Part shown: one piece after another, positions 42,421-53,170 of the stretch
Numbering within the stretch: position 1 is the first letter of the stretch
Layout: the number at the start of each line of letters is the position of its first letter
Source of the DNA: Gammaproteobacteria bacterium
GTDB taxonomy: Bacteria > Pseudomonadota > Gammaproteobacteria > Eutrophobiales > Eutrophobiaceae
Length of the DNA: 64,000 nt
Direction of reading: 5' to 3'
Assembly (NCBI GenBank): GCA_965221695.1
Contig: OZ244905.1
Coordinates: forward strand, 1,152,001 to 1,216,000
Translations under genes and position numbers: made by a program
Notes under the pieces: model-generated
What the model saw: only the letters and a program-made list of their open reading frames with translations
What the model was told of the DNA's origin: nothing
Databases searched by the model: none

Positions 42421-43833
42421 TTAGTTTTGCCGGATGGATGTCCTCATCAGCCAGATTATCAGCAGTAACGCCGGCGCGCCCAGCAGACCGGCATACAGGA
42501 AGAACCAGGCGTAACCGGCGGCCTCGACCACGATACCGGAGAAGCCACCGATGATCTTTGCCGGCAGGGTCATCAGCGATGAAAACAGCGCGTACTGGGT
42601 CGCGGTATACGTGGTATTGGTAAGGCTGGAAAGGTAGGCAATAAAGGCCGAGGTCGCGAAACCGCCGCTCAGGTTGTCCATACTGATCACGATTGCCAGG
42701 CTCACCAGGTCAGGCTGACTCACGGCCAGCCAGACAAAGAACAGGTTGGTCACCGGCACCAGGATCGCGCCCACCAGCAGCGGTTTGTAAATCCCGTAGC
42801 GCAGCACCAGGATACCACCCAGACCGGCGCCGAGTATCGTCATGAAAAATCCAAATACCTTGGTGACATTGGCTATCTCGATCTTGCTGAAACCCAGGTC
42901 CAGGTAAAACGGGTTGGCCATCACCCCCATGGTGATATCGCTGAGCCTGAACGTGCCGATGAGCAGCAGGATCAGCAGGGCCAGCAATCCGTTCCTGCGA
43001 AAGAACTCGACGAAAGGACTGATCACGGCGCCGGCAAACCAGGCCGCAAGCCGGGTCAGCACACGATCATCATTGCCCAGGCCCAGTTTTCGCCCCACCT
43101 CATTTTCCAGGTCGCCGGTTGTTGCGGAGGCCGGGTGGTCCGGTTCGGCAATGACCAGGGTCGTGATGATGCCTACCCCCATCAGGCAGGCCATCGTGAA
43201 ATACGCATACTGCCAGGTTTGTGCCGCAGCGATATAAAAAGCGCCGGCGCCGGCGACCAGCAACGCCACCCGGTAGCCGAACACGTAGCTGGCGGCCATC
43301 GCCCCCTGTAACAGGCGATCCACCGCCTCAATGCGGTAAGCATCGATGGTGATATCCTGGGTCGCGGACCCGAACGCGACCAGCAACGCGAAGATCGCGA
43401 TCTGTTGCAGGTGTGCCTGCGGGTCGCACATCGCCATCCCGGCCAGGCCCAGCGCGATCATCACCTGGGCCGCCAGCATCCAGGAACGCCGTTTGCCCAT
43501 GCGGCGGGTCAGGAAAAAAATCGGGGTCCGATCCACGACCGGCGCCCAGAACACCTTAATCGAATAGGTAATGCCAATCCAACTGAAAAAACCAATAGTG
43601 GACAAGGCCAGCCCGGAGTCCCGTAACCACGCGGACAACGTGGAAAACACCAGCAAAAACGGCAATCCTGCGGAAAAACCGAGCAGACTCATCGCGATGA
43701 CGCGCGGACGGCTGTAGACTGCCAGCGCGCTACGCCAGTCGCTGCCGGCTGACCCCGGTATATCAGGAGATTGGATCGTCCAGTTCCTCTTTCGACATGT
43801 GGTGTTTGGGGTGCACCGGACGCATGAGCGCAT
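42421..43833 (-). CDS. ampG: Muropeptide MFS transporter AmpG
   Basis: LGFSAGLPF, KVFWAPVVD, GKRRSW, SATQDITIDAYRIE, YTATQYALFSS; start uncertain (ATG 43833 overlaps the upstream gene; next ATG at 43692). Confidence 0.9.
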   Translation of the reverse strand: MRSCVRCTPNTTCRKRNWTIQSPDIPGSAGSDWRSALAVYSRPRVIAMSLLGFSAGLPFLLVFSTLSAWLRDSGLALSTIGFFSWIGITYSIKVFWAPVVDRTPIFFLTRRMGKRRSWMLAAQVMIALGLAGMAMCDPQAHLQQIAIFALLVAFGSATQDITIDAYRIEAVDRLLQGAMAASYVFGYRVALLVAGAGAFYIAAAQTWQYAYFTMACLMGVGIITTLVIAEPDHPASATTGDLENEVGRKLGLGNDDRVLTRLAAWFAGAVISPFVEFFRRNGLLALLILLLIGTFRLSDITMGVMANPFYLDLGFSKIEIANVTKVFGFFMTILGAGLGGILVLRYGIYKPLLVGAILVPVTNLFFVWLAVSQPDLVSLAIVISMDNLSGGFATSAFIAYLSSLTNTTYTATQYALFSSLMTLPAKIIGGFSGIVVEAAGYAWFFLYAGLLGAPALLLIIWLMRTSIRQN

Positions 43834-45475
43834 TGCTCACTAGCGCAATCGCCAACAGCAGGGCCATCAGGTACATGGTGCTGTTATACAGGTTCGGAGT
43901 CGGGTCAACGGTGCCGACCGGCGCGATGTCCATCAGGCTGGCGATGGTCACGGTCTTTGCCTGCACCAGCGCCGGCAACTGGTCAAGGCCGGCGCCGAAC
44001 ACGTCGGCGAATACGCCCGGGTCGATCTTCGCAACCAGGTCATCGATCGCCTTGGTCACCGCGTGCTCCCGCAATGAGGTGATCGCCAGCGGCCCGAGCA
44101 CACCGGCAGTGCTCCACGCGGTCAGCAAGCGTCCGTGGATGCCGCCAACATAGCGTGTCCCGAATATGTCCGCCAGGTAGGCGGGAATCGTTGCGAAACC
44201 ACCACCGTACATGGTAAAGATGATCATCGTGGCGGCATAGAAATACACCAGCCAAACGACTACAGGATTGACGCTGACCTGCTGCGCGGTGTACGGGATG
44301 GAACAGTACAGCAGGATGCCCAGCGCAAAGAAGATCCAGTAGGTATTGCGCCGCCCGATATAATCCGATGTACTGGCCCAGATAAACCGGCCCACCATGT
44401 TGAATACACTGATCATCACCACGTAGGTCGCGGCAAATGCCCCGTCAACGATATGCGGCAGGGTCGTGCCGAAGATCTCGGTCATCATGGTTTTGGCCAC
44501 ACCCAACACGCCGATGCCCGCGGTAACATTGAAACAAAGCACGATCCACAACTGGTAGAACTGCCGGGTTTTCAGGGCCTGGTCGATGTCCACGTGGTTG
44601 CGCGTCATCATCCGTTTCTCCGCATGCGCGTCATCGGGAGGAGTCCAACCTTCCGGTTGCCAGCCCGGCGCCGGCAGACGATAGGAGAACGCCGCGATCA
44701 TCATGATGATGAAATAAATCACGCCCATGGTAAAGAAGGTCTGGGCTATGCCCACCGAACCGGCGCCCACCAGGTATACGCCCTCAGGGCCGGGCATGAC
44801 CATCTGCGCCACCTCATTGGCGCCGACAACGACTACCTCGCGCAACTCGCCGCCGACCTCCGCAAAGCGTCGCCCTGCCCTGGTGATCAGTTCAAGGTCT
44901 GCCACTGCGCCCAGATATTCGGGCGCTCGGTAATAGTACTGAATAAAAAGCTCCTTCAGCGGCGCGCCAATCATCGCGCCGCCGCCAAAACCCATGATCG
45001 CCATGCCCGTCGCCATGCCGCGCCGGTCCGGGAACCAGCGGATCAGTGTGCTGACCGGAGAAACGTAACCCAGACCCAGACCGACCCCTCCCAGCACGCC
45101 GTAACCCAGGTACAGCAGCCATAACTGGTGGGTAACAATACCAACGCCGCCAACGATGAAGCCGCCACCCCAACAGCAGGCCGAAACCACGCCCACCATG
45201 CGCGGCCCCACCGTCTCCAACCACCGGCCGGCAATCGCGGCGGCCAGCCCCAGCACGACAATCGACACGGTGAAAATCCATACGACATCCTTCAGCGTCC
45301 AGTCATCGGCGGCGCTGAGCACAACACCAATTTGTTTGACCAGTGCGGGATTGAAGATGCTCCAGGCATACACGGAACCGATGCACAGGTGAATGCCCAG
45401 GGCTGCCGGGACGATCAGCCAGCGATTGAACCCGGGTTTTGCGATGATATGTTGCTTGGACAGGATGCCCGACAT
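43763..45475 (-). CDS. OFA (oxalate:formate antiporter) family MFS transporter
   Basis: GSVYAWS, WFPDRRGMATG, YGGGFATIPAYLADIFG, IHGRLLTAWS. Confidence 0.88.
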   Translation of the reverse strand: MSGILSKQHIIAKPGFNRWLIVPAALGIHLCIGSVYAWSIFNPALVKQIGVVLSAADDWTLKDVVWIFTVSIVVLGLAAAIAGRWLETVGPRMVGVVSACCWGGGFIVGGVGIVTHQLWLLYLGYGVLGGVGLGLGYVSPVSTLIRWFPDRRGMATGMAIMGFGGGAMIGAPLKELFIQYYYRAPEYLGAVADLELITRAGRRFAEVGGELREVVVVGANEVAQMVMPGPEGVYLVGAGSVGIAQTFFTMGVIYFIIMMIAAFSYRLPAPGWQPEGWTPPDDAHAEKRMMTRNHVDIDQALKTRQFYQLWIVLCFNVTAGIGVLGVAKTMMTEIFGTTLPHIVDGAFAATYVVMISVFNMVGRFIWASTSDYIGRRNTYWIFFALGILLYCSIPYTAQQVSVNPVVVWLVYFYAATMIIFTMYGGGFATIPAYLADIFGTRYVGGIHGRLLTAWSTAGVLGPLAITSLREHAVTKAIDDLVAKIDPGVFADVFGAGLDQLPALVQAKTVTIASLMDIAPVGTVDPTPNLYNSTMYLMALLLAIALVSNALMRPVHPKHHMSKEELDDPIS

Positions 45476-45646
45476 GACTTACCCCTTATTATTGTTTTCC
45501 GTCAGTTGTTCCCGGACACCTGCTTCGCCTGGTCTGACCGGGATGCATAGCGCCCTATTGTAACGCGAATGAAATTGAATTTATGAAAAATTTCGCCTAA
45601 TCTATGCTATTCAGATGCCGGGCCATATTTCCCAAACTACTGCGAT

Positions 45647-46648
45647 ATGAACAAACAGGACAACATACTGGTCGATAATTTCGGTCGGACGGTGAACTAT
45701 GTCCGTATTTCGGTCACCGACCGATGTGATTTTCGCTGTGTCTATTGCATGGATGAGGAAATGCAGTTTGTTCCCCGGGCCAAGTTGTTGTCCCTGGAGG
45801 AAATTGCGACCATTGCCCGGGCTTTTACCGAGTTGGGTGTCGGCAAGATTCGCATCACCGGCGGCGAGCCCCTGGTGCGCCGCAATGTGGTCAAACTGTT
45901 CCGCGATCTCGGCCGGCTGCAGGGACTGAAGGAATTGACGCTTACCACCAACGGCTCACAACTGCCGAAACTGGCCGGGGAACTGAAAGACGCCGGGGTA
46001 AAACGCATCAACATCAGCCTGGACTCGCTTGACCCGGTAAAATTCAAACGCCTGACCCGTATCGGCGAACTGTCGCTGACGCTGGCCGGCATCGACGCGG
46101 CCCTCGCGGCCGGCTTCGAGAAGATCAAGATCAATTCGGTGATCCTGAAAAACCGCAATGATGATGAAATACCGGCATTGGTTCGCTTTGCCAGCGCACG
46201 CGGGATGGATATCAGCTTCATCGAAGAAATGCCGCTGGGCGTGATAGGCGATCACGATCGCGCCGAGGCCTATTATTCCAGTGACGCGATCAGGGCCGAC
46301 CTGGAGGAGCGCTACACGCTGATACCGACCACCGAGACCACCGGCGGGCCGTCGCGTTACTACAGGATCGTCGAAACCGGCACCCGGGTAGGCTTCATCT
46401 CGCCCCACAGCCACAATTTCTGCGACAGTTGCAACCGGGTCAGGCTCACCTGCGAGGGCCGCTTGCTGCTCTGTCTCGGGCAGGAGCACTCAATGGATTT
46501 GCGCCAGGTCATCCGCGCCCATCCCGGCGATATGGAACGGTTGAAACAAGCCTTGCGCGATTCAATGCATATCAAACCCAAGGGACATGAATTCAATCTT
46601 TCCGCCAAACCCGTTATCTTCCGCCATATGAACATGACCGGGGGGTAA
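45647..46648 (+). CDS. moaA: GTP 3',8-cyclase MoaA
   Basis: CDFRCVYC radical-SAM motif, [14 protein letters not shown]...C, C-terminal GG. Confidence 0.96.
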   Translation: MNKQDNILVDNFGRTVNYVRISVTDRCDFRCVYCMDEEMQFVPRAKLLSLEEIATIARAFTELGVGKIRITGGEPLVRRNVVKLFRDLGRLQGLKELTLTTNGSQLPKLAGELKDAGVKRINISLDSLDPVKFKRLTRIGELSLTLAGIDAALAAGFEKIKINSVILKNRNDDEIPALVRFASARGMDISFIEEMPLGVIGDHDRAEAYYSSDAIRADLEERYTLIPTTETTGGPSRYYRIVETGTRVGFISPHSHNFCDSCNRVRLTCEGRLLLCLGQEHSMDLRQVIRAHPGDMERLKQALRDSMHIKPKGHEFNLSAKPVIFRHMNMTGG

Positions 46649-46655
46649 GCCGGAA

Positions 46656-47513
46656 ATGGAAAAACGCGGTCCCGTGATGACCGACGCCGGCATCGACCCT
46701 ACCATCGCGGTTGAAGCCGTGGACGAGTTCCGCAATGTCCGGGAAATGCACATCGCCGATGAACGGCCGCTGACCATCTATGTGGACAGCTACGAAATCG
46801 TCACCCTGATGACCCTGGGCAGGACCCCGGAGCTGCTGACGCTGGGCTACCTGAAAAACCAGGGCATTGTTACCGACATCAGTGAAATCCTCTCGGTGCA
46901 GGTGGACTGGGAGGTCAATGCCGCGGCGGTGACGACCCGGTCGGAACGGGATGACTGGAAGGAAAGGCTGGGACCGCGGATCGTGACCACCGGCTGCGGC
47001 CAGGGAACGGTTTACGGCGATATCCTGGAGCAGATCGAGCAGATAGCATTACCGGAGATACGGCTCAAACAATCGGATATTTACGCGCTGTTGAAAAACC
47101 TGGCCCGCTATAACGATGTCTATAAAAGCGCCGGCGCAGTGCACGGCTGCGCCCTGTGCGCGGGTACGGATGTGACTGTTTTCATCGAAGATGTGGGCCG
47201 CCATAACGCGGTGGATGCGATTGCCGGGCAGATGTGGCTGGAAGATACGCCGGGCCACGACAAGCTGTTTTACACTACCGGGCGCCTGACTTCGGAAATG
47301 GTGATGAAAGTGGCGCAAATGGGCATCCCCGCGCTGCTGTCCCGTTCAGGCATCACCCAGATGGGCCTGAAGCTGGCCAGGGACTTCGGCGTCACCTTGT
47401 TCTCGCGCGCCAAGGGAACGCATTTCCTGGTTTACAATGGTTCCGAGCATATCGAATTCGATGTGTCCCTGCCGCCGAAACGCGCAGTAGCCAACCTGAA
47501 GAGCGCCGGCTGA
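46656..47513 (+). CDS. fdhD: Formate dehydrogenase accessory sulfurtransferase FdhD
   Basis: TTGCGQG, GAVHGCA, EDVGRHNAVD, TGRLTSEMV. Confidence 0.93.
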   Translation: MEKRGPVMTDAGIDPTIAVEAVDEFRNVREMHIADERPLTIYVDSYEIVTLMTLGRTPELLTLGYLKNQGIVTDISEILSVQVDWEVNAAAVTTRSERDDWKERLGPRIVTTGCGQGTVYGDILEQIEQIALPEIRLKQSDIYALLKNLARYNDVYKSAGAVHGCALCAGTDVTVFIEDVGRHNAVDAIAGQMWLEDTPGHDKLFYTTGRLTSEMVMKVAQMGIPALLSRSGITQMGLKLARDFGVTLFSRAKGTHFLVYNGSEHIEFDVSLPPKRAVANLKSAG

Positions 47514-47533
47514 GTCACTGCGCGGGCCGGATA

Positions 47534-48127
47534 GTGAAAAGAAACAGGATAACCGGCGCCATCCTTGCCGGGGGCGAGGCACGGCGCATGGGCGGCGGCG
47601 ACAAGGGACTGGTGGAACTGCGCGGCAAGCCGCTGGTTGAGTATGCATTGGCGGCCCTGTCTCCGCAGGTCGATACGATTATCATCAACGCAAACCGTAA
47701 CCGGGATCGCTATGCGGTCTATGGTTATCCCGTGGTCGCCGACAGCAGGGCGGGTTTCCAGGGACCGCTGGCCGGCATGCTGAGTTGTCTTGAACAGGTG
47801 GAGACGGAGTTCCTGGTTACCGTCCCCTGTGATTCGCCGTTGCTGCCCGATGACCTGGTGGCGCGCCTGTTCAGGCAACTGGGGGAGGAACAAGCGGAGA
47901 TCAGCGTTGCCCACAACGGTTCCAGGATGCAACCCGTGTTTGCGCTGCTGCCCGCGTCCCTGGCCGCTTCGATGCAAGCATTCCTGGATGGCGGCGACCG
48001 CAAGATAGACCGCTGGTTCGAAAAGCACAGGCTGGCCGTGACTGATTTTTCCGACAAGCCGGACTGCTTCAGAAATGCCAACAACCCGGCTGAACTGGCG
48101 CAGATGCAGGAGCTGTTGAATGGGTGA
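47534..48127 (+). CDS. mobA: Molybdenum cofactor guanylyltransferase
   Basis: LAGGEARRMGGGDKG, GPLAG, VPCDSP; start reassigned to GTG at 47534. Confidence 0.93.
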   Translation: MKRNRITGAILAGGEARRMGGGDKGLVELRGKPLVEYALAALSPQVDTIIINANRNRDRYAVYGYPVVADSRAGFQGPLAGMLSCLEQVETEFLVTVPCDSPLLPDDLVARLFRQLGEEQAEISVAHNGSRMQPVFALLPASLAASMQAFLDGGDRKIDRWFEKHRLAVTDFSDKPDCFRNANNPAELAQMQELLNG

Positions 48128-48653
48128 CCCTCCTCAAACGCCGCCGCTGATGGGTTTCGCCGCCTGGAGCGGCACCGGCAAAACAACCCTGCTGGTGAAC
48201 CTGTTGGGTATTTTCACCACCCGGGGCTTGCGCGTGGGCGTCATTAAGCATGCCCACCACACGTTTGAAATCGATTATCCGGGCAAGGACAGTTATGAGC
48301 TGCGCAAGGCTGGCGCCTCGCAGGTATTGATCGGCTCAAGAAAACGCTGGGCGCTGTTGGTGGAAACGCCGGACGGTGACGACAAATCGTTGCAACACCA
48401 TGTCCGCAACCTGGATCTCGACAACCTTGACCTGGTGCTGGTGGAAGGCTTCAAGCCCGAGGCCATCCCCAAGATAGAACTGCACCGGCCCAGCCTGGGG
48501 CATGATTTACTGTATCCGGGCGATGAGAGTATCATTGCGGTGGCGACCGATGCGGCGTTGCCCGCCGACACGGCATTGCCGCTACTGGACCTGAACAACC
48601 CACAGCAGATCGCACAGTTTATAATTGACCGTTATGATTTGTCGTGCGATTGA
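48120..48653 (+). CDS. mobB: Molybdopterin-guanine dinucleotide biosynthesis protein B
   Basis: SGTGKTT, IKHAHH, GKDS, VEGFK. Confidence 0.93.
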   Translation: MGDPPQTPPLMGFAAWSGTGKTTLLVNLLGIFTTRGLRVGVIKHAHHTFEIDYPGKDSYELRKAGASQVLIGSRKRWALLVETPDGDDKSLQHHVRNLDLDNLDLVLVEGFKPEAIPKIELHRPSLGHDLLYPGDESIIAVATDAALPADTALPLLDLNNPQQIAQFIIDRYDLSCD

Positions 48654-48698
48654 TAGCAGCCCCGCCACCTGCCCCTTGACCTCCAGCCTCCACCTGCC

Positions 48699-48723
48699 CA
48701 TTCCCACGAAAGTGGGAATCCAG
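48699..48723. repeat. ATTCCC-N8-GGGAAT palindrome (dRS3-like)
   Basis: CATTCCC-ACGAAAGT-GGGAATCCAG. Confidence 0.65.
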
Positions 48724-48781
48724 TAAGATAACAGTCCTGTAAGGACACATTGTATAATCTGTCCCCGCTGTTTTCAGTATT

Positions 48782-50050
48782 ATGACTGCAATTAACATTG
48801 ACAAAGACCCCAGTTGCCGGGACGATTTCGATCCCAAATCACTGTCGGCTGATGCCGCGCTGGCGCAGATTAAGGCCGGTGTCACCCGCGTCAGGGGCAT
48901 AGAAAAAATCGCAATACGGGAAGCGCTGAACCGGATCCTGGCCGAAGACATTCGTTCCCGCATCAACGTGCCGACCGGGACCAACTCCGCGATGGATGGC
49001 TACGCGCTGAACAGCGCGGATATCCCGTCTGACGGCACGGCCGAATTGAATGTCCTGGGCACAGCCTGGGCCGGGAAGCCGTTCGCACAGAAGGTCACTC
49101 CCGGAAGCTGCGTTCGCATCATGACCGGCGCGATCATGCCGGAGGGGACCGACACCGTGATCATCCAGGAGGATGTGCAGGTCACCGGTTCCGGTATCAG
49201 GATCGACGGCAGCACGCGCAAGGGCGATAACGTGCGCCAGGCCGGTGAAGATATTGCGGCGGGGGAGACGATACTGACCGAAGGCCGGCGCCTGAACCCC
49301 GCCGATATCGGCCTGGTAGCCTCGCTCGGCATTGCCGAGGTGAGCGTGGTGCGGCGGCTGCGGGTCGCGTTTTTTTCCACCGGCGATGAACTGCGCTCCA
49401 TCGGCGAGACCTTGAGCGATGGCGCGATCTATGACAGCAACCGCTATACCCTGCACGGCATGTTGGAACGTATGGGCGCCGATATCATCGACATGGGCGT
49501 GATCAGGGATGATAAACAGGCCCTGGAAGAGGCATTTGCCATCGCAGCCGCCAATGCCGATGTGCTGATCACGTCGGGCGGCGTCTCTGTCGGCGACGCG
49601 GATTACATCAAGGAAATCCTGTCCAAACTGGGGCAGGTCGATTTCTGGAAAGTGGCCATCAAGCCCGGCCGCCCCCTGGCTTTCGGCCGCGTAGGCGATG
49701 CCGTGTTCTTCGGCCTGCCGGGGAATCCGGTTTCCGTCATGGTAACATTTTACGAGTTCGTGCAACCGGCCTTGCGCAAGATGATCGGAGAGGACGACGC
49801 CGGCATGCTGACCCTGAAGGCGCGCTGCGATTCCAGGCTGAAAAAACGCCCGGGCCGCGTGGAATACCAACGCGGCATCCTGCAACAGGACAAGGAAGGC
49901 AATCTCGTAGTCACCAAGACCGGCGCCCAAGGCTCCGGCATCCTGCGCTCCATGTCGCAGGCAAACTGCTTCATCATCCTACCGATGGATTCAACCGGCG
50001 TGGAACCGGGGTCATACGTGGACATCCAGCCCTTCTCCGGGTTGGTTTAA
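48782..50050 (+). CDS. moeA: Molybdopterin molybdotransferase MoeA
   Basis: SAMDGYA, RIMTGA, STGDEL, TSGGVSVGD, KPGRP, GLPGNPVS. Confidence 0.96.
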   Translation: MTAINIDKDPSCRDDFDPKSLSADAALAQIKAGVTRVRGIEKIAIREALNRILAEDIRSRINVPTGTNSAMDGYALNSADIPSDGTAELNVLGTAWAGKPFAQKVTPGSCVRIMTGAIMPEGTDTVIIQEDVQVTGSGIRIDGSTRKGDNVRQAGEDIAAGETILTEGRRLNPADIGLVASLGIAEVSVVRRLRVAFFSTGDELRSIGETLSDGAIYDSNRYTLHGMLERMGADIIDMGVIRDDKQALEEAFAIAAANADVLITSGGVSVGDADYIKEILSKLGQVDFWKVAIKPGRPLAFGRVGDAVFFGLPGNPVSVMVTFYEFVQPALRKMIGEDDAGMLTLKARCDSRLKKRPGRVEYQRGILQQDKEGNLVVTKTGAQGSGILRSMSQANCFIILPMDSTGVEPGSYVDIQPFSGLV

Positions 50051-50141
50051 CCCACTCCTGACTTAAGACGCCCTAATAATGACCGGCATCCATAGAACAT
50101 ATGCGACAAACTCGCATGTTATGCGGGTATAGGGCTGAGAC

Positions 50142-50600
50142 TTATTCTGCGTTCTGTGCCGCCTCCCAGGCTTCCTGGACCGTCTGCCAGGTTACCAGCG
50201 CGATGGTATTGCCGTCATCATCAACAAAGTTGAGAGGACCAAGAAAAGTCATGTAGAATTCGCTGTCTTCCAGGAAATGCGTCATCCCGTGATACGCTTG
50301 GCATGCCTCATAACCATAGGCCGGGGCCTTGACACTGACCCCGCCCTCATCCACACCGCCGCGGACTTCCATGTGACCCTTGGTCAGGAAATATTCTCCT
50401 GGGCCGACATGGATATGGCTGGCAAATGAGGAGCCTTTGGGGCAATCGTATATCGCCGCCCAAGATCCCAGTTCCGGCGCAACGTTCAACAGCTTCCAGC
50501 GGATACCGCCCTGGCTCAACGGTCCGGGAAAATCCACCCAATCGATCTCGTCAATCTGTACCGACCGGCCATCTACCGGCGCATATTTTTGTGGAATCAT
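50142..50600 (-). CDS. dke1: Acetylacetone-cleaving (beta-diketone) dioxygenase, Dke1-like cupin
   Basis: GSSFASHIHxGPGEYFLTKG, MEVRGG, FYMTFLGPLNF; H62/H64/H104 plus Y70, R80, E98 and T107 fall at the positions I recall for Acinetobacter johnsonii Dke1. Confidence 0.85.
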   Translation of the reverse strand: MIPQKYAPVDGRSVQIDEIDWVDFPGPLSQGGIRWKLLNVAPELGSWAAIYDCPKGSSFASHIHVGPGEYFLTKGHMEVRGGVDEGGVSVKAPAYGYEACQAYHGMTHFLEDSEFYMTFLGPLNFVDDDGNTIALVTWQTVQEAWEAAQNAE

Positions 50601-50656
50601 ATTATCCCTCCTCTTGCTTAATTCATATTTTGTTTGTCAGAGAACCCCTGATCAGG

Positions 50657-52924
50657 TCAGAAGTGATAGGACACCGACCCGACCACGCGGCGCGGCTGCT
50701 CCAGTGTCCCGATGATGATGGAACCCGGAGCGGACGGCAGCGCGCTACCGGAGAAGTTGGGGAATTCCTGTACATCAATATAGTAGTCTTCATCGAACAG
50801 GTTTTCTATGTGAATACCGAACTCCCAGTTGTTCCACTCCACCCCGGCGCCCAGGTCCACGACGGTAAAATCCGGGTTTTCCCAGAACGGAAAATCATCC
50901 CCGGGAGCGTCGAGAAACTGGGCGTTGGTGGACGCCTCCCCCTTGTAACGCAACTGCAAGCGCCCGAACAAGCGCATATCGCCATTCAACTGCTGATCAT
51001 AATCCAGCGCTGCGGTGGCGCTCCAGTCTACCACGTTGGGTGGCGTCATACCGGACAGGTCTGCGCCTGTTATCGGCGAGGTGACGCCATTATCCCACTC
51101 CGAATCCACGTAGCCAAAACCGGCTGAAACAGTCCAATTCTCGTGCATGGACAAGACCATATCACCCTCCATGCCCCAGGCCTCGGAATTACCGGCATTG
51201 ATAATGCCCTCGAGTATGGCGCCGTTGGTCGGGTCTTCGGTCTGCAGTTCAAACTGGCGATCTTTGTAGTCTATGAAAAAGCCGGCCAGGGTCAATATCA
51301 AGCGGTCATCCAACAGCCGTCCCTTATAACCGATCTCGACCTGGGTTGCCCTTTCTTCTCCATAGCCAAACAGGCTGTCGACTCCCTCGAAATTGTTCAG
51401 GTTGAAATAGCCCGGCTCGAAGCCCTGGGACACGGTGCCGTATACCATGGACCGGTCGTCATCGAAAAACATGGCTATGGAACCGCGGCCCAATATCTCG
51501 GTCTCTTCCTGGCGGCCGGTGACATTGCTGTCATAGTTGGTGCGCTTGCTCTCCCAGTTATCCACGCGCACGCCGCCGCCAATCTCGATATTATTCATGC
51601 GATAACTGAAATTGGCATAACCGGCGATCTGTTCACGCCTGCCGTAGCTTTTCTCGAAAGGGATCACGGCGACTATCGTATCCTCCGGGGGATCCTCGTC
51701 AAGCGCCGGGAAGGGGACCGGATCGTCGGGGTTCGGGTTGCAACTGGGATCCAGGAAGAAGCAGAAACCATAGGGCGCCAGCAGGTCTGCGTCATAATCC
51801 CGCTGGTAGTCCAGGTAGTAGGCGCCGGCCTGCCATTGCAAGGGACTGTCGCTGGTGGAGATAAAGCGCAACTCCTGAGTCCATACTTCCACCGGCCACG
51901 GACGAACCAGGTCCAGCACGAATTCCTGGGAGATATCAAGGTCGGTCTGCCGGTCCGACTCCGTGTCTGTGTAGGAGGTAAGGTATGTGGCGCTGAAGTT
52001 GCCAAAATCATAGGTCAATTCAATGCTGCCCGCTATGGTTTCCCGTTTGTGGCGCGGGTTGTAACTGGTGTCCACGACATTGGTGTGGGTCAGGTCCCCG
52101 CTCAGCTCCCGGTTCCAGATATTATTGGGTCCATCCAGTTCGTTATAACGCAGTGTGGTATAGAGTGACAACTGTTCGCTGATGTTGCCGGCCAATGTCC
52201 CGCGCACACCGTATTTTTCAGTTTTGCCCACATCCGGATCATTGTCGGCCACGCCGCCATTGAGACGCGGGCTATTGGGATTGACCACGAATGAATCATC
52301 CGTCATCGCAAAACCAAACAGACTCATTGCCCAATCCGCGCCCAGCGGCACATTCAACTCGATCTCGCCGTCATAGTAATTGTCTTCACCGGCTTGCGCC
52401 TTCACCCGGCCCGAAAACGCATCCGGGTCCGGCCGTTTGGTGACGAATTTCACCGCGCCGCCGATGTTGGCGCCGCCGTACAGGATACCCTGAGGCCCTT
52501 TCAGCACCTCAATCCGTTCAAAATTGCCGAACCGGGACGAAGCATCCCCAAATAACTGCACATCATCCAGGTAAAACCCCACACCCTGGGTATTGCCGAA
52601 GGCGCCCAGGCCGCGGATCGAGACATTGGGAAAACCGTCGAGGCGCCGGCTCATCCAGAGGTTCGGCACCAGCAGTCCGATATCCTCCAGGCCGTTGATG
52701 TTGGCGCTCTCCACCATGTCTCCGGAAAAAGTGGTCAGGGATTCCGGTATTTCCAGCACATTTTCCTCACGCTTGCGCGCAGTGACAATAATTTCCTCAA
52801 GCAGGGTATCGTTCTGCGCCATCACTGCCTGACTCATCAACAATATGCTTGCGGGTGCAGCCAGAAAAATCAGCGCAAGCCATGCCGTTCCGAATACGGC
52901 GCCTGGAAAGAAGTATCTGTTCAT
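50657..52924 (-). CDS. TonB-dependent receptor
   Basis: Signal peptide, LEEIIVTARKREE, IEVLKGPQGILYG, C-terminal YHF. Confidence 0.92.
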   Translation of the reverse strand: MNRYFFPGAVFGTAWLALIFLAAPASILLMSQAVMAQNDTLLEEIIVTARKREENVLEIPESLTTFSGDMVESANINGLEDIGLLVPNLWMSRRLDGFPNVSIRGLGAFGNTQGVGFYLDDVQLFGDASSRFGNFERIEVLKGPQGILYGGANIGGAVKFVTKRPDPDAFSGRVKAQAGEDNYYDGEIELNVPLGADWAMSLFGFAMTDDSFVVNPNSPRLNGGVADNDPDVGKTEKYGVRGTLAGNISEQLSLYTTLRYNELDGPNNIWNRELSGDLTHTNVVDTSYNPRHKRETIAGSIELTYDFGNFSATYLTSYTDTESDRQTDLDISQEFVLDLVRPWPVEVWTQELRFISTSDSPLQWQAGAYYLDYQRDYDADLLAPYGFCFFLDPSCNPNPDDPVPFPALDEDPPEDTIVAVIPFEKSYGRREQIAGYANFSYRMNNIEIGGGVRVDNWESKRTNYDSNVTGRQEETEILGRGSIAMFFDDDRSMVYGTVSQGFEPGYFNLNNFEGVDSLFGYGEERATQVEIGYKGRLLDDRLILTLAGFFIDYKDRQFELQTEDPTNGAILEGIINAGNSEAWGMEGDMVLSMHENWTVSAGFGYVDSEWDNGVTSPITGADLSGMTPPNVVDWSATAALDYDQQLNGDMRLFGRLQLRYKGEASTNAQFLDAPGDDFPFWENPDFTVVDLGAGVEWNNWEFGIHIENLFDEDYYIDVQEFPNFSGSALPSAPGSIIIGTLEQPRRVVGSVSYHF

Positions 52925-52946
52925 TTACTTGCCCCCTTAGTTTTAT

Positions 52947-53170
52947 GAAAGCTCTGAACAAGTCCATCCTGGACTTGTCAGAGCACGCAAAACAAAAATG
53001 CGATTTTTGTTTTGCTCTCAAATTCAATGACTGATCGTCATCGAATTTGATGTGCACCGTCCATGGCACACACCCTTCGGGCATCCTTCGGATGTCCAAA
53101 TCCGCTCCAGGCGGATTTGTGGCGATACATCCCTGTATCGCAGGAAGCCCTTACTCAACAAGAGGTTCCT
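52947..53170. mobile_element. Family A miniature element (longest, multi-hairpin form)
   Basis: Left end GAAAGCTCTGAACAAGT, right end AGAGGTTCC; shares hairpins H1-H5 with the 61327-61477 copy and has about 70 extra nt. Confidence 0.85.

Noticed and set aside
45476-45646. Moco riboswitch upstream of moaA
   Set aside because: No recognisable conserved stem-loops; it looks like an AT-rich divergent promoter region
47234-47533. N-terminal extensions in the ORF track for mobA (also efp 20771-20851, DUF3501 31547-31660, O-methyltransferase 12469-12495)
   Set aside because: They overlap neighbouring genes; family homology begins at the downstream starts used
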